From: Nitrospirota bacterium
GTDB lineage: Bacteria > Nitrospirota > Nitrospiria > Nitrospirales > Nitrospiraceae
Direction of reading: 5' to 3'
NCBI GenBank assembly: GCA_963701855.1
Contig: CAVPBK010000006.1
Location: 32,001-96,000, forward strand
Length of the DNA stretch: 64,000 nucleotides
Notes under the pieces: generated by a model
Database searches by the model: none
What the model was told of the DNA's origin: nothing
Seen by the model: only the letters and a program-made list of their open reading frames with translations
Translations under genes and position numbers: made by a program
In this document: piece by piece, positions 19,707 through 28,280 of the stretch
How the letters are laid out: the number at the start of each line of letters is the position of its first letter
Numbering within the stretch: the stretch's first letter is position 1

Positions 19707-20683
19707 AAGAGGCAGCTAAGAAAATTCTGATCGACTGCCATGTCCACCTGGCCGCTCTGCCGGACGGCGACAACGGCTGCTACATCTCCCCGAAGATGCT
19801 ACGAAGCCCGCTGTTTCGCTATCTCCTATGGAAACACCAACTGTCTCCGGCAAACCCACGGGAAGCGAACCGGAAATATCTCGACGATCTGCTCACCGAA
19901 TTGCGCGCCTCCCTCCATGTTCAACGAGCCGTACTCCTTGGTATGGACGGCGTGTACGACCAAAACGGCCGCCTCAACCAGGCGCACACAGACTTTCTCA
20001 TCAGCAACAACTATGTACTCAACATTGCAAGGGCCTACCCGAATGAGTTCCTCGCCGGCGTCTCGATCAATCCTCAACGACGTGACGCCGTCGAAGAGGT
20101 CCATCGTTGCGCCGATGCCGACGCCGCATTGGTGAAGGTCCTCCCGAACGCGCAGCAGTTCAACCCGGCCGATCTGCGCTACAAAGCGTTCTACCGAGCA
20201 CTCGCAGAACGGAAGCTGCCGTTCCTGAGTCACGTCGGGTATGAATTCAGCCTCATCGGAAAGGACCAGTCCGTCGGAGACCCGAATCGCCTCAGGCCGG
20301 CGCTGGAAGAAGGCGCTACCGTGATTGCCGCGCATGCCTGCAGTTACGGATTGATCATCTATGAAAAGTTTCTTCCGACTCTGCGCGACTTCGTACAACG
20401 GTACCCGAATTTTTATGCGGACATCTCCGCCCTCACGCTGCCCACGCGGGTCCAGATGCTGCTCCACCTACGTCGCTACCCCGAAATTCATGACCGCCTG
20501 CTCTTCGGGACCGACTATCCCCTGTCCGTCTTTCATCTGGCAGCCTGGGGGCGCGTCTCGCTCGCCACACTCTACGACATCCTTCGAACGAAGAATCGTT
20601 TCGATCGGCAAGTGTCAGTCTGTCGTGGATTAGGGCTCGGCTTTCGATCGCTGGGCGACATTGTGGCCCAGCATACGTTGTAA
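19703..20683 (+). CDS. Amidohydrolase family 2 protein
   Basis: IDCHVH, IAAH, YADISA, LFGTDYP. Confidence 0.85.
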   Translation: MKEAAKKILIDCHVHLAALPDGDNGCYISPKMLRSPLFRYLLWKHQLSPANPREANRKYLDDLLTELRASLHVQRAVLLGMDGVYDQNGRLNQAHTDFLISNNYVLNIARAYPNEFLAGVSINPQRRDAVEEVHRCADADAALVKVLPNAQQFNPADLRYKAFYRALAERKLPFLSHVGYEFSLIGKDQSVGDPNRLRPALEEGATVIAAHACSYGLIIYEKFLPTLRDFVQRYPNFYADISALTLPTRVQMLLHLRRYPEIHDRLLFGTDYPLSVFHLAAWGRVSLATLYDILRTKNRFDRQVSVCRGLGLGFRSLGDIVAQHTL

Positions 20684-20697
20684 CATCCCGCGACACT

Positions 20698-21195
20698 ATG
20701 AACCGAGACCAGATACTGACCAGCCTCAGAGAAAGGATTCTCGCCTTCGCGACATTACGAGTATCGAGGGCACAGGCCGAGGATTTGGCTCAAGAGGTGC
20801 TGGCGGTCCTCCATGAGAAGTATGCGTGCGTCACAGAACTGACCGAGCTGGTTCCCCTGGCCTTTCAAGTCCTGCGATTCAAGATGCTGGATACCCATCG
20901 CAAGTCGCTCAGACGAGGTGAGTATAATCAGGCATCGGTCGATGACCTCCCGCTCGCCGATCCCAACGACGACCCGGCGACGCAACTCGACCAGAGACAG
21001 CGGGTAGACCGGTTACTGGCTGCCATGGCTCAGCTCGGCGAACGCTGCCGCGAACTCTTCAAGTGGAAGTTGGAAGGGAACAGCTTTCCAGAAATCCAGA
21101 AGCTCATGGGACAAACCTCGATCAATACGATCTACACCTGGGACCTACGCTGCCGAAAGCAGCTATTAGCCCTCATGGGCGGATCATGGGAATGA
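20698..21195 (+). CDS. ECF-type RNA polymerase sigma factor
   Basis: AEDLAQE region 2 and LGERCRELF..SFPEI region 4; 165 aa. Confidence 0.85.
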   Translation: MNRDQILTSLRERILAFATLRVSRAQAEDLAQEVLAVLHEKYACVTELTELVPLAFQVLRFKMLDTHRKSLRRGEYNQASVDDLPLADPNDDPATQLDQRQRVDRLLAAMAQLGERCRELFKWKLEGNSFPEIQKLMGQTSINTIYTWDLRCRKQLLALMGGSWE

Positions 21196-21199
21196 AGTG

Positions 21200-21297
21200 G
21201 GGAGCGACAGGCAGACTGGCCCTTTGCTCGCAGAACGCGCACGATAAGACTGTGCTCGTTCGATGCGCGCAGTAGGCCCAATCTGCCTGCCGCTCCC
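21200..21297. repeat. Family B hairpin element
   Basis: Stem GGGAGCGACAGGCAGACTGGCCCT / AGGCCCAATCTGCCTGCCGCTCCC around the conserved core TTGCTCGCAGAACGCGCACGATAAGACTGTGCTCGTTCGATGCGCGCAGT. Confidence 0.88.
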
Positions 21298-21326
21298 GGG
21301 TGGAAGGGTACAAACGTAGAAGAACG

Positions 21327-22739
21327 ATGTCTGAACACGATCTCGAAAAACTACTGGGTGGATTCGCAGCCAATACGCTGACACCGGAGGAGAAACAGAC
21401 GCTCTATATCGCCGCGCTGCAAGACCAACAACTGTTCAATACGCTGGCAGATGAGCAGGCGTTGAAAGAGTTGCTCTCCGATCCAGACGTGCGTCGCAAA
21501 CTCCTGGCTTCATTGGAACAGAAGAGCGCCTCAGGCGCCGGCAGTTCTCTATCATGGCTGGATTGGTTCCGCCGTCCAGCAGGCCTGGCCCTCGCCGGAG
21601 GGCTTTCGGCAGCTGCCCTCGCAGTAGTGCTGGGCGTCAGAATTTATCAGGACAGCCTGAGATATGCGGCAGAATCGACCGCAACCGAAGACACAGAGCC
21701 CGCGCCTCCATCAGCTCCGATGCCTCAAGCCGTTGAGCCACAAGCGAAAACGAAAGAGAGCCTCGCTCCAGCGATCAACCGCCAGAAGAAGGACACGTTG
21801 ATCGACAAGCCAGCCCTACAGGAACAATCCATGCCGCCTCCTTCAAAGAACGAACGAGTTTCCGATGTTGCCCGAGACAGTCTGAAACAGCGAAGCCGGC
21901 AAGAAGAGGTCCGCAGCCAAGCCGAAACGCCCGTGGCTGCGCTCAGCAGGTCCGCGGAAGGAGTGACATCGTCTGCAGATCAAAAACCCGCAGCAAGCGC
22001 TGCACTACCAGCCACCACACCGGAGCCCGAGCAGATACAAACACCGGCCGCTGGGCGAGTCGCTGCCACCTTCACACCTGCGCTCGGCGCGCGGGCCCTG
22101 TTCTATGGAAAAGAACCAGGCCGAGCCGACACGCGCTCGATGGCCAAAGAGCAAGAGCAGGCCATCAAACCCCTGGCCGAGTCTGCGCCACAAGCGAACC
22201 AGCCCGAACGAAAACCGGAAAGGCTTTCACATCTGGGCAAAGCAGCGGGCACGATCGCTCAACTCAAACCTCTAGGACTCCGCTACAGCTTTGTGGTTCG
22301 GGAAATAGATGGGCAGGAGCGAGAAGTGGATACGGCGACGGCGTCGAAGAGTACACATCCGGTATTTCTCACAGCGGAAGCCAATCAGAACGCCCATCTG
22401 CAAGTTTGGAAAACGGTTGGCTCCTCAACGCCGCAACTGCTCTGGCCTGGGAAAGAAACTGGTCAAATCTCCCTGAAGCTGACCGCTGGTCAGCGTGAAC
22501 AGATTCCTCTGCAGAGGGAGGACGGACCCATCACCCTGACGGCTCGTCTCTCCCTAGTCCCGTTCGAACCAACCATGAAGCACGAAACCGCCATGTTCGA
22601 CCGGCTCTCTCCTAACCAACTCCAAGAATCTATCACCGCAAGCAATCGAACCGGCACACAAGAACACGCCACCTACGTCGTCAACCAAGATACTTCCAGC
22701 GGCGCACAGGTCACCATCAACATTACCCTCGGTCAGTAG
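21327..22739 (+). CDS. Putative anti-sigma factor-like membrane protein
   Basis: Directly after the ECF sigma; short cytoplasmic helical domain, one TM helix, low-complexity linker, C-terminal beta domain. Confidence 0.65.
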   Translation: MSEHDLEKLLGGFAANTLTPEEKQTLYIAALQDQQLFNTLADEQALKELLSDPDVRRKLLASLEQKSASGAGSSLSWLDWFRRPAGLALAGGLSAAALAVVLGVRIYQDSLRYAAESTATEDTEPAPPSAPMPQAVEPQAKTKESLAPAINRQKKDTLIDKPALQEQSMPPPSKNERVSDVARDSLKQRSRQEEVRSQAETPVAALSRSAEGVTSSADQKPAASAALPATTPEPEQIQTPAAGRVAATFTPALGARALFYGKEPGRADTRSMAKEQEQAIKPLAESAPQANQPERKPERLSHLGKAAGTIAQLKPLGLRYSFVVREIDGQEREVDTATASKSTHPVFLTAEANQNAHLQVWKTVGSSTPQLLWPGKETGQISLKLTAGQREQIPLQREDGPITLTARLSLVPFEPTMKHETAMFDRLSPNQLQESITASNRTGTQEHATYVVNQDTSSGAQVTINITLGQ

Positions 22740-22760
22740 CCTCAAGCGTCAGGCAGGCTC

Positions 22761-23063
22761 CTAGCCTGGTAGCTTTGCCGCGAGGACATCGACTTTCTCG
22801 ATGGACGGCGGTTTAGCCAACAGCTCACCGGCCTTTGCCATAAGCGCCGCTGCAACCCGGCCCGTCAGATGGGCCTGACGGCCCGCCTCATCAGGGAAAG
22901 CGTCAAAGATGCCGAACGTGGATGGCCCCAAGCGGATCCCAAACCACGCCGTGGTGGCCGGCTCTGCCTGTACGATTGGAAGACCGGATAAAAGAAAATT
23001 TTCTACATCTTTCTCTTTCCCGGGCTTTGCTTCTAGACGAACGAACAACGCGACCTTGACCAT
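22761..23063 (-). CDS. Antibiotic biosynthesis monooxygenase (ABM) family protein
   Basis: LEAKPGKE..EPATTAW..FGIFDAF..GRQAHL; GGAGG RBS. Confidence 0.85.
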   Translation of the reverse strand: MVKVALFVRLEAKPGKEKDVENFLLSGLPIVQAEPATTAWFGIRLGPSTFGIFDAFPDEAGRQAHLTGRVAAALMAKAGELLAKPPSIEKVDVLAAKLPG

Positions 23064-23207
23064 GAGGTGCCTCCCCTTTACGCGGGACTTGCGAAAAACG
23101 CGCGACGGGTCGGAAGTTTCATCTCCTCGAGTCACGCCTGTCGCGCACGTTTAGCTTGTCTCGCTCATGAATAATTCTGGCTGGGCTTCCATATTTCTGC
23201 TCGCAAT

Positions 23208-23444
23208 TTACTCTCCACAGGCTTTTAGCTTCCGTTCTTCTATTGCCGCGAGTGACTCCTTTCGAATTTTCACATCCGACGCTTTCTCACCCTCAGGAGA
23301 GTGCACGTCCGTGTCGACTGCTTCTGCGTATAAACGGGCGGCCTCAACACATGCCTTACTGGGAGGCGATTTTGAGTCACATGCCGCAATAAAGATTGTG
23401 CAAGCGAGAGCAGCGGTAATAGGTATGACAAAACGTGTGGTCAT
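23208..23444 (-). CDS. Small putative lipoprotein
   Basis: GGAGG RBS, hydrophobic signal with IAAC lipobox. Confidence 0.6.
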   Translation of the reverse strand: MTTRFVIPITAALACTIFIAACDSKSPPSKACVEAARLYAEAVDTDVHSPEGEKASDVKIRKESLAAIEERKLKACGE

Positions 23445-23648
23445 TGTGTACATCCTCCAAATATTAGGCACCCAACCACTGCGTATACCGACCGCAATAG
23501 TACGCAAAGTAGGGTGAAAAATTCCACTGTGATTGTCGTGCCGATTCAAAGGCCCCTCAACACTATCCACACAGCCGGTTTGGCGTGCGATACGGGTCGG
23601 TGTACCGCTTTAAATTGAGGAGGGTATTCTGAATTCACGTCGACAGCC

Positions 23649-23857
23649 AGCCTGCATTACTCATGCAGGTTGGTCGCCCCCCACCCCATCCCTCCCCATA
23701 ATATGGGGAGGGATGAAGGAGGGGAGCGAGACGGGAACCCGGAACCGTAAAGCCCTGAGGCATACTCGTGCAGTATGTCGAAGGGCTGAACGGCGAGACT
23801 GCCCGTCGCAGCCGCGTATCCACGCTTGTAGCAGAAGCTTCACGAATATTGCGGGCT
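23649..23857. repeat. Family C palindromic element C1
   Basis: Ends AGCCTGCATTACTCATG / CACGAATATTGCGGGCT; core GAGGCATAC-N-GTATGTCGA; internal hairpin CATCCCTCCCCATA-AT-ATGGGGAGGGATG. Confidence 0.75.
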
Positions 23858-23885
23858 AAAGCCCTCACGACCACCTCGCACAGCC

Positions 23886-24200
23886 CTATCGATCTTGGAT
23901 CCGTCCAATTTTACTTTCGATCGCCCGTTGTAGTTTGTCTGCGGCTTCAGTCACGGCGATCTCGATGGTCGCTGCCTCATGGCTCACCGCGAAAGGCTGG
24001 AGACCGGCCAGTCTGGCTTCGAGCAAACACCGTTTGTCGTCACCCTTTGATTTGTGACTGTTAGTGTCACTGAGGTGAGCCTCCACGCGGGTAATCCGGT
24101 CTCCAAACCGGCCAACAGCCCCCTCTACAGTGGACTGGACGAGGCTCACGACATCTTCACGCCCTGTAATGTTGTTGTCTGTATGAACCTGAATCTGCAT
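23886..24200 (-). CDS. HPF/RaiA-family ribosome-associated protein
   Basis: MQIQVHTD, ITRVEAHLSD, DKRCLLEARL. Confidence 0.85.
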   Translation of the reverse strand: MQIQVHTDNNITGREDVVSLVQSTVEGAVGRFGDRITRVEAHLSDTNSHKSKGDDKRCLLEARLAGLQPFAVSHEAATIEIAVTEAADKLQRAIESKIGRIQDR

Positions 24201-24365
24201 CAATCCACCCTCCTCGTAGCGACCATTCACTCTATAGACCGGAACCTAACGACAAGCCTGAGAAATGTCAATCGGATGAACGCAGAGGGTCCAGACTCCG
24301 ATGTTTCCTTCCATGGCTATGGCTTTTGCGCCTATAGTTCAAATGGCACTACCAGTCGGCTGTCA

Positions 24366-24968
24366 TCACTTAGTCTTCTTAGCTACAAGATAGACATGAT
24401 TCTCCGGGTATTGATCATATTCAACATGTTGAATGGCGCAGCCAAAACGCCAGAGGAGCTGGACAAAATCTGGAACCCCTAGCGAGCTATATTCAAATCG
24501 CTTTCCGCCAAATTCGCCTTGAACTCTCCCCCGTTCTTCACCGCCACCACAGGAAAACAGGATCACCCCGTTCTTGGACAGCCCGTCACATAACTTCAGC
24601 AGGACCGGTTCATGACTTTCCAGTGGAAGGTGGAACGTGCTGTCCCAGGCCGTGATCAAATCGTACTTGCGTGGAAGCTGCCATGTGCACATATCGCCCA
24701 CCAAAAAATCAGCGTCTGGATATCGTGTACTCGCTAAGGCGACCATCGCATCCGAGATATCCAGCCCGGTGCAGTGGAACCCGCGCTCCTGAAGAATTCT
24801 TATAAATCGCCCTTCACACCCACAGCCAACATCCAGTGCATGACGGCGGTTCTCCACAAATGTGAGCGCGCGCTCAAGAGCCGCGACTCCGTACGTCGAC
24901 TCCTTCATTTGCTCGAGCCACCACGACGCCATCGCATCGTAGTTCTTTCCGGTTTCTTCTGGATTCAT
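24366..24968 (-). CDS. Class I SAM-dependent methyltransferase
   Basis: ALDVGCGCEG, GLDIS, AWDSTFHLP. Confidence 0.85.
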   Translation of the reverse strand: MNPEETGKNYDAMASWWLEQMKESTYGVAALERALTFVENRRHALDVGCGCEGRFIRILQERGFHCTGLDISDAMVALASTRYPDADFLVGDMCTWQLPRKYDLITAWDSTFHLPLESHEPVLLKLCDGLSKNGVILFSCGGGEERGRVQGEFGGKRFEYSSLGVPDFVQLLWRFGCAIQHVEYDQYPENHVYLVAKKTK

Positions 24969-25061
24969 CTATCTATCGTATTGAATCAAACGAGGTAGTC
25001 CGCAAAGAAACAATTAAAAGGGTCTAAGAAAGCCTTTTTCTCTCCCTTATTTGCAGAATCG

Positions 25062-25358
25062 TCAATTACGGTTCTTCCACATGTCAGGTTCTCGGTGCAG
25101 ATGCAGAACAGCCAGAACGTTGATGTCCTCCGACGTTGCGAGGAAATACACGCCATAAGGAAAATGGCGAAGGAGGGCTCGGTGAATGTCTCCTTCCACA
25201 CGCGGGAATTGTCGAGGATTGTCCGTGATACGTTGAAACACCACATCGAGTTCGTCAAGGAACCGCGAACCTAAGCCGGACCGCTGATCCTCATACCACA
25301 CGGTGGCTGCTTGGATGTCGAGGTCAGACTGAGGGAGGACAACGAGTTGCCATGCCAT
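25062..25358 (-). CDS. RelE/ParE-family type II toxin
   Basis: WYEDQRSGLGSRF, HFPYGVYF, LAVLHLHREP; downstream of an addiction-module antitoxin. Confidence 0.88.
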   Translation of the reverse strand: MAWQLVVLPQSDLDIQAATVWYEDQRSGLGSRFLDELDVVFQRITDNPRQFPRVEGDIHRALLRHFPYGVYFLATSEDINVLAVLHLHREPDMWKNRN

Positions 25359-25366
25359 TCGTCAGA

Positions 25367-25606
25367 TCAACGATCTCGCAACTTGCGCTCGATGTCTGTG
25401 CGGACATCTGTCCAGAGTCGGCCGGCGCTGGGGTTCGCATTGTATGCCGCCAAGCGCTCGCGAATGATCTGTCGGTGCCACTCGGGCACAGGAACTTGCT
25501 CAGCGGTCGCCGCAATCCGGTCCCAGAGAGATTGCACGAAGTCGATCTGCTCATCGACTGAGAGATCGTCGAACCCTGGAGGAGGAATGGGGACCATCTT
25601 GGACAT
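25367..25606 (-). CDS. Putative addiction module antitoxin
   Basis: LSVDEQIDFVQSLWDRI..VPEWH..RLAAY..W pattern, paired with the ParE-like gene. Confidence 0.85.
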   Translation of the reverse strand: MSKMVPIPPPGFDDLSVDEQIDFVQSLWDRIAATAEQVPVPEWHRQIIRERLAAYNANPSAGRLWTDVRTDIERKLRDR

Positions 25607-25897
25607 GGAGAGAACTCCTACGATCGGAAGTATATCGTAAACGGACGGTTAAGAAAACCTGACAAAGTCAGCCCCGATAGTGGCAATCAATAGTTTCTGG
25701 AACCTTTTTCGGCTCGATTCATCTGATGATCTCAATTCCGCTGCGGGCCGGACGCCTTACATGTCAGAAAAACCAGAATGTCCCCGTTTTTTCGTCCAAC
25801 GTTCCTTCTACGCTTGCTCCTTACCGCCTAGCACGGGAAGCTGCTCAGTCTCCCACTGCGCTTGTTTGGCAAGACTCAACTCTTTCACCTGCACTCA

Positions 25898-25993
25898 GCG
25901 AGGTGGCTGGTGTGGTCTCCACTGCGCGCATCGAGCGACCACCGCTTTATCGTGGGGGCTCTGCGAGCAAAGAGACCATACCAGCCACCTCGC
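25898..25993. repeat. Family B hairpin element (divergent, reverse orientation)
   Basis: Stem GCGAGGTGGCTGGTGTGGTCTC / GAGACCATACCAGCCACCTCGC; core ACTGCGCGCATCGAGC..TCTGCGAGCAA. Confidence 0.8.
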
Positions 25994-26070
25994 CACCCTC
26001 TTCCCAGACCGCGCGTTGCACGAGCACAGGAAACTACCAGCTTGCTTTATCGATCCCATCCACCTCTCCT

Positions 26071-26168
26071 AGGGGAGTGGGCAGATTGTCCTTCACTGCG
26101 CGCATTGGACGAGCACAGTTTCATCGTGCGCGTTCTGCGAGCAAGAAGGACGGCCTGCCCACTCCCCT
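26071..26168. repeat. Family B hairpin element (reverse orientation)
   Basis: Stem AGGGGAGTGGGCAGATTGTCCTTC / GAAGGACGGCCTGCCCACTCCCCT with the conserved core. Confidence 0.88.
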
Positions 26169-26184
26169 CATCGCTGAAACGACA

Positions 26185-26217
26185 ACGGCGAGGCGTGGGA
26201 TACCCACGCCTCGCCGT
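26185..26217. terminator. Perfect 15-bp hairpin, possible terminator for the minus-strand gene ending at 26464
   Basis: ACGGCGAGGCGTGGG-ATA-CCCACGCCTCGCCGT; only a weak U tract. Confidence 0.5.
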
Positions 26218-26261
26218 ATCTACACTCGACGCCAGCCAGGCGGCTGACGCTGTTGCCCTAA

Positions 26262-26385
26262 CAGGGTGCTGAAAAAGTCCGCCAGCGGCGTTCTCGCATC
26301 GTTCAGACCCTCAACGTACCTCAGAGGGTACGCCTCGGCCCTTCACTCGTTGCAGCCTTGCTGGACGGCCATTTTGAGCGCCCTG
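26262..26385. repeat. Family A copy A11 (short form)
   Basis: CAGGGTGCTGAAAA / TTTTGAGCGCCCTG; internal sequence nearly identical to 47134-47257. Confidence 0.9.
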
Positions 26386-26463
26386 CAAAAACGCTCTTCT
26401 GCTTTGCTAACCATGCAGGCTATTGAAGTTCTGACATCCGTAATTGTTTTTCCCCGCTGCCTG

Positions 26464-27456
26464 CTAACTTCGGATTGAAAGAGATATCGACGTCTGGCTC
26501 AACGCCTGATACGCAAAAGCCACGTTGGTGCTCATAGTCGCCGGTGCCTGCACCTGGGTTGCGGGCTGATCCTGATCGTGCTCCCGCTCACCTTGCAATT
26601 CCTTCCCCAGATCCTCTCGGAGCTTCTCAAAGAAGTCCGGCAGATACTTCTGAACCTTGTGCAACGCCACCTTTGATTCCTTTAGCGCATCCAACACTTG
26701 CTGAACTAGCGACGCAGGCCGCTGCATCTCCTGCGCAGGGGCACTGAGGTGTGTGATGTCAGCTGAACTCGCAACAGGCCCTGCGGACGATAACGGGGTG
26801 GGCGCCGTGGTACCAGTGGACGGTTGCGGGATCGCCGCAGCCGCCGAAGGCGCCCCACCCGGGGTAGCTGTTTGAGATGTCGTGGCAGAAGTCTGTGGCT
26901 GTTGGCTCGCCGGCAACATGGGAGGACCGGTCAACTCAGAGGCAACCTGTGCAGCGAGAACCGTGACGGACTGTTCCACATCCACACTGAGGTTCAGGTC
27001 TGAGAGAGATGCCAGCGGTCCAAACCGCTCGGCCAGCTTCGCAGTCTTGGCCAGAGCCGCGTCATCCTGTCCGTTCAAGTACTTCTGGAAGATGTTGGCG
27101 ATTTTCCTGAACAGCTTCGCCAGATCCTTAACCTCTTCTTCGTTCAGATCGCCTTCGACCGTCACGCCGAACTCTTGTTTCAGTGAATACTCGGCATACT
27201 TCGCTTCAACATCCACCGTCTTGCCATCGCCTTCGACATGGGACTTGTAGTTCACGGCGCGGAAATCGGATTCAAGATCCGCCGAGAGGGTGATGGTATC
27301 CCCTTCCGCCGTCGTCACACTCAATCGACCGGAGAAGTCGTTGGAGACTGCGACCCCGCTGACCTTGGTATCCAATCGCTGGATTCCCGTGCCATTCGTA
27401 GAGGGCAGGTTAAAGAATTGCTTGGGATCGACTTGAGTCAGACTTTGGACGGACAT
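26464..27456 (-). CDS. Hypothetical protein, probably in the sigma28 (flagellar) regulon
   Basis: Long ORF with GAGGA RBS; TTAEGDTITLS and VEGDLNEEE motifs; sigma28 promoter upstream. Confidence 0.7.
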   Translation of the reverse strand: MSVQSLTQVDPKQFFNLPSTNGTGIQRLDTKVSGVAVSNDFSGRLSVTTAEGDTITLSADLESDFRAVNYKSHVEGDGKTVDVEAKYAEYSLKQEFGVTVEGDLNEEEVKDLAKLFRKIANIFQKYLNGQDDAALAKTAKLAERFGPLASLSDLNLSVDVEQSVTVLAAQVASELTGPPMLPASQQPQTSATTSQTATPGGAPSAAAAIPQPSTGTTAPTPLSSAGPVASSADITHLSAPAQEMQRPASLVQQVLDALKESKVALHKVQKYLPDFFEKLREDLGKELQGEREHDQDQPATQVQAPATMSTNVAFAYQALSQTSISLSIRS

Positions 27457-27506
27457 GAGGTGTTTCCTCAATTATTAGGCTTGTTGCAACGTACCGCGTA
27501 GCTCTC

Positions 27507-27533
27507 CTATCGGCACACATTTGGCTGAACTTA
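27507..27533 (-). promoter_or_regulatory. Sigma28 (FliA)-type promoter
   Basis: Minus strand TAAG-N15-GCCGATAG versus consensus TAAA-N15-GCCGATAA, 50 nt upstream of the ATG at 27456. Confidence 0.75.
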
Positions 27534-27797
27534 AACCCGCATTATTCACGAGGGTTCGTGACGAAACCGCCAAGACGCCAAGCGAGATGGGCGCGCGGAG
27601 CCGTGAGGGAGGGAGGCATACTTGAAACAGTATGTTGACCGACCGAGCGGCGAGCCCGCCCGCCGTCAGGTGCGTCGCCACCGCGCTTGCGAGGTCGAGC
27701 GCCCTTTGTATGATCCTGGCGCGAAGAAAGAATACTGCAATGAATTCTGATTTTCGTATCGGCGGTTGCAGTAGAAGCCTTCGTGAATGATGCGGGT
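27534..27797. repeat. Family C palindromic element C2
   Basis: Ends AACCCGCATTATTCACGAGGGTTC / GAAGCCTTCGTGAATGATGCGGGT; core GAGGCATACTTGAAACAGTATGTTGA. Confidence 0.8.
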
Positions 27798-27868
27798 GAG
27801 TACGGTTGTGATATAGTGGAGCCACCGATGAAGGAAGCCGTTCCCTTCCACACCGAGGAGGTACATAA

Positions 27869-28276
27869 ATGAAACAAGTCTCTGTTTGGACCATATTACC
27901 GGCGCTCCTGTTATTGGCGTCAGGCTGCACACTCAAGGCCACGATCAAAGAGACCACGGATACCACCTCCAACGTGACAGGCACGACCTCCGGCCGCACC
28001 TGGTTCACCGAAGACGGTCTTTTGCAACCCGACTTCAAAGTCACGGCCTTCGTCGCATTGAATGCGGAGAATCTCCGCCATGACATGGCCAGGGGGCAAG
28101 GTGAATATCTCTCCTCTGTCGGCAGTTTGCTGAACGTGCCGGCAAATCGGCAACCCGAGTTCTTCGCCTTGATTCAAGCACGCTACCCAGCGTTCGCCGC
28201 CATGGACTTCACGGCAACACAGCAAGTCGTCGCTACTCTGCGCGACGTATCCACCCCCTTGGCGTCTGAACAATAG
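27869..28276 (+). CDS. DUF3015-like putative lipoprotein
   Basis: GGAGG RBS, ASGC lipobox, L..DMARGQGEYLSS motif. Confidence 0.75.
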   Translation: MKQVSVWTILPALLLLASGCTLKATIKETTDTTSNVTGTTSGRTWFTEDGLLQPDFKVTAFVALNAENLRHDMARGQGEYLSSVGSLLNVPANRQPEFFALIQARYPAFAAMDFTATQQVVATLRDVSTPLASEQ

Positions 28277-28280
28277 CCGC

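Noticed and set aside
24243..24365. attC-like site (minus-strand GTTAGGT upstream of the HPF gene)
   Set aside because: No complementary RYYYAAC or L boxes forming the attC hairpin, and no intI in the window.
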